Origin: Candidatus Peregrinibacteria bacterium CG11_big_fil_rev_8_21_14_0_20_49_14
Lineage (GTDB): Bacteria > Patescibacteriota > Gracilibacteria > Peribacterales > Peribacteraceae
DNA: 64,000 nucleotides
Reading direction: 5' to 3'
NCBI GenBank assembly: GCA_002787035.1
Contig: PCVP01000014.1
Location: forward strand, 115,107 to 179,106
Of the stretch, positions 62,521 to 64,000 are shown one piece after another (position 1 is the stretch's first letter; each line of letters begins with the position of its first letter). The notes beneath the pieces were generated by a model that saw nothing but the letters and a program-made list of their open reading frames with translations, was not told the DNA's origin and ran no database searches. Position numbers and translations under genes: made by a program.

Positions 62521-63390
62521 TTACGCAAAGACAGTAAGTGCTCTCTTACGAGTGCGTGCATGCAGTGCGGCACAGTACGCACCTGCCATGGGAAGCAAGA
62601 TGGCACCCCATCCTATTCCCGCATCCGGAAGTTTGGCGGGCATACTGCTCGATTGTCCTATGTCATATGCGATTTCAGAAGCAGACGCATCTTCTTGTAT
62701 TTTTTCCATCTCCGCATGCAACGAACTTTGGCTTTGTCTGCGTTCCTCCAAACGTTCCGCCACACGTGCTCTGCGGTCTTCTATGGAACGCAAACGCTCA
62801 CGGTACGATTCCTCTGCGGGATCTTCGGATGCTGCGAGATTTTTTTCAGGTTCGTCCACCATGGCGATATCGGACATTCCCGTAATCTGCCACCAGTCCC
62901 CCTGCCAAAGAACAGAAGCGATCTGTGTGTTCCAGCCGTAGTACTCAGTGGCAACCGCACCCACCATAAACGGGAGAAAAGCGACGGTTAACAGCGCAAA
63001 TCTCTGTGTCCATCTTCGCAGAACTTTTATGCAGAAGTACCCCAGAAGAAAGAATCCCGTTGCGACTCCCGGAAGAGTCCATCCCCAGGTGTACCAACTG
63101 AGTACCGGCTGGAAGGCAGGCAACGCAAGCGTCACTGCCTGCAGCAGAAGCCACAGCAGCAGCAAAGCCGCAGGCGCCCAATGGAGCATGCGAAATGCGT
63201 AATCGGCACGATTTGTGCGAAAGAGTCTGGAAAGGCTTAACGGATATGCGACTGCAAGCACGAAAGCAACTGCCCAAGGCACAATACCCGTAGGAAGTGC
63301 CACAAGAGTGGGGATAACTATTCCCACCGCCACCATAACGGCTGCGAGCAGAAAGACAAGAAGCGTTTCGGTCGTGTGCTTAAGAGGCAT
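62521..63390 (-). CDS. integral membrane protein with coiled-coil C-terminal region, function unknown
   Basis: ~6 TM helices, a charged helical segment (ESYRERLRSIEDRRARVAERLEERRQ) and a final hydrophobic helix. The start is set at ATG 63390 (MPLKHT...). Confidence 0.55.
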   Translation of the reverse strand: MPLKHTTETLLVFLLAAVMVAVGIVIPTLVALPTGIVPWAVAFVLAVAYPLSLSRLFRTNRADYAFRMLHWAPAALLLLWLLLQAVTLALPAFQPVLSWYTWGWTLPGVATGFFLLGYFCIKVLRRWTQRFALLTVAFLPFMVGAVATEYYGWNTQIASVLWQGDWWQITGMSDIAMVDEPEKNLAASEDPAEESYRERLRSIEDRRARVAERLEERRQSQSSLHAEMEKIQEDASASEIAYDIGQSSSMPAKLPDAGIGWGAILLPMAGAYCAALHARTRKRALTVFA

Positions 63391-63486
63391 AGGAGGAGTA
63401 TAATGTTCAAAGAATGCCTCTGTGTCAAGAAACCAATACAAAATACAAGGAGACAACAAGAAAGTGGCATTCCAAGACCCTCAAGT

Positions 63487-64000
63487 TCACAACCAGTGCT
63501 TCTTTGCAAAATACCCGAGCATGACGGCAAGTACTCCCAGCATCACAATAAGAATGCCCATGAATATCTGCGGCGTGTTCTGATACGGTAGCTCCACATT
63601 CATACCGTAAAGACCCGTAATAACTGTAAGAGGAAGCATGGTGACAGAAAAGATGGTCAGCAGCTTTACAACCGCGTTCGTTTTATGGCTCAACCATGAC
63701 TCATGCGTATCTTGCAATGCCTCACTGAGTTCTTTTGCGGTATCCAACAAAGACCACTGTCGTTCGATGGCATCTAAGATGTCATCGAAGTACAGCGCGA
63801 GCTCTTCGGATACGAATTTCTTGTTCTTGTGCTCCAACGTGGCGACCAATGTTCTCTGCGGAAGCAGAATACTGCGCATGGTAATAATATTTCTCTTCAG
63901 GGTCATAATTTCTCGCAGAAGATTCACCTGCTCCTCGCTCTCGAACAATCGGTCTTCCACGGCACGCAGTTGCTTCGTAATGGTATCTACCAGAGGGAAC
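63487..64000 (-). CDS. corA: magnesium/cobalt transporter CorA (partial; 5' end beyond the window)
   Basis: The C-terminal part has the YGMNVELPYQ (GMN) motif between two TM helices. The frame stays open upstream of the listed start to position 64000 (...FPLVDTITKQLRAVEDRLF...). Confidence 0.85.
   Translation of the reverse strand, partial: FPLVDTITKQLRAVEDRLFESEEQVNLLREIMTLKRNIITMRSILLPQRTLVATLEHKNKKFVSEELALYFDDILDAIERQWSLLDTAKELSEALQDTHESWLSHKTNAVVKLLTIFSVTMLPLTVITGLYGMNVELPYQNTPQIFMGILIVMLGVLAVMLGYFAKKHWL

Overview
64-kb chromosomal segment, roughly 50% GC by eye, densely coded on both strands. There are no rRNA genes, CRISPR arrays, transposases or integrases. Gene content suggests a small-genome monoderm bacterium, possibly a CPR/Patescibacteria-like lineage. 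That taxonomic call is an inference from scattered ribosomal-protein genes, a TsaE-HD fusion, a baseplate-J-like membrane protein, sortase-type and SLH surface proteins, and many lineage-specific hypotheticals. Recognised housekeeping genes are pgk, an rpoD-type sigma factor, a WecA/TagO-type GT4 transferase, an M23 peptidase, tsaE, miaA, clpP, tgt, rplU, pth, lepB, secE, nusG, an acylphosphatase, murJ, purL, murC, an ftsB-like gene, rpmA, lepA, a csaB-like pyruvyl transferase, rplS, infB, an nrnA-like DHH phosphoesterase, eno and corA (partial). There are three tRNAs: Gln-UUG, initiator Met-CAU and Pro-GGG. The most notable observations are: (1) a 10.7-kb gene for a 3561-aa repeat-built surface protein with nested repeat periodicities and an atypical sorting signal; (2) a sigma-70 factor with an ~800-aa N-terminal extension containing XRE-like HTH modules; (3) two paralogous secreted proteins sharing one N-terminal module but carrying different wall anchors (sortase-type versus SLH), with csaB-like and wecA-like genes elsewhere in the window; (4) a cluster of decayed and rearranged tRNA-Pro fragments upstream of the intact tRNA-Pro; (5) an AT-rich two-gene islet next to tRNA-Gln; (6) an orphan transcription unit with a consensus promoter, a ~320-nt untranslated leader, an SD-led 68-aa ORF and a terminator; (7) an unlisted 51-aa Cys-rich acidic micro-ORF; (8) a wHTH regulator divergent from a two-gene membrane-protein module, separated by TGTAC-rich palindromes. 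I could not assign a known defence, secretion or mobile system with confidence. All function calls rest on motif recognition by eye and need database confirmation.
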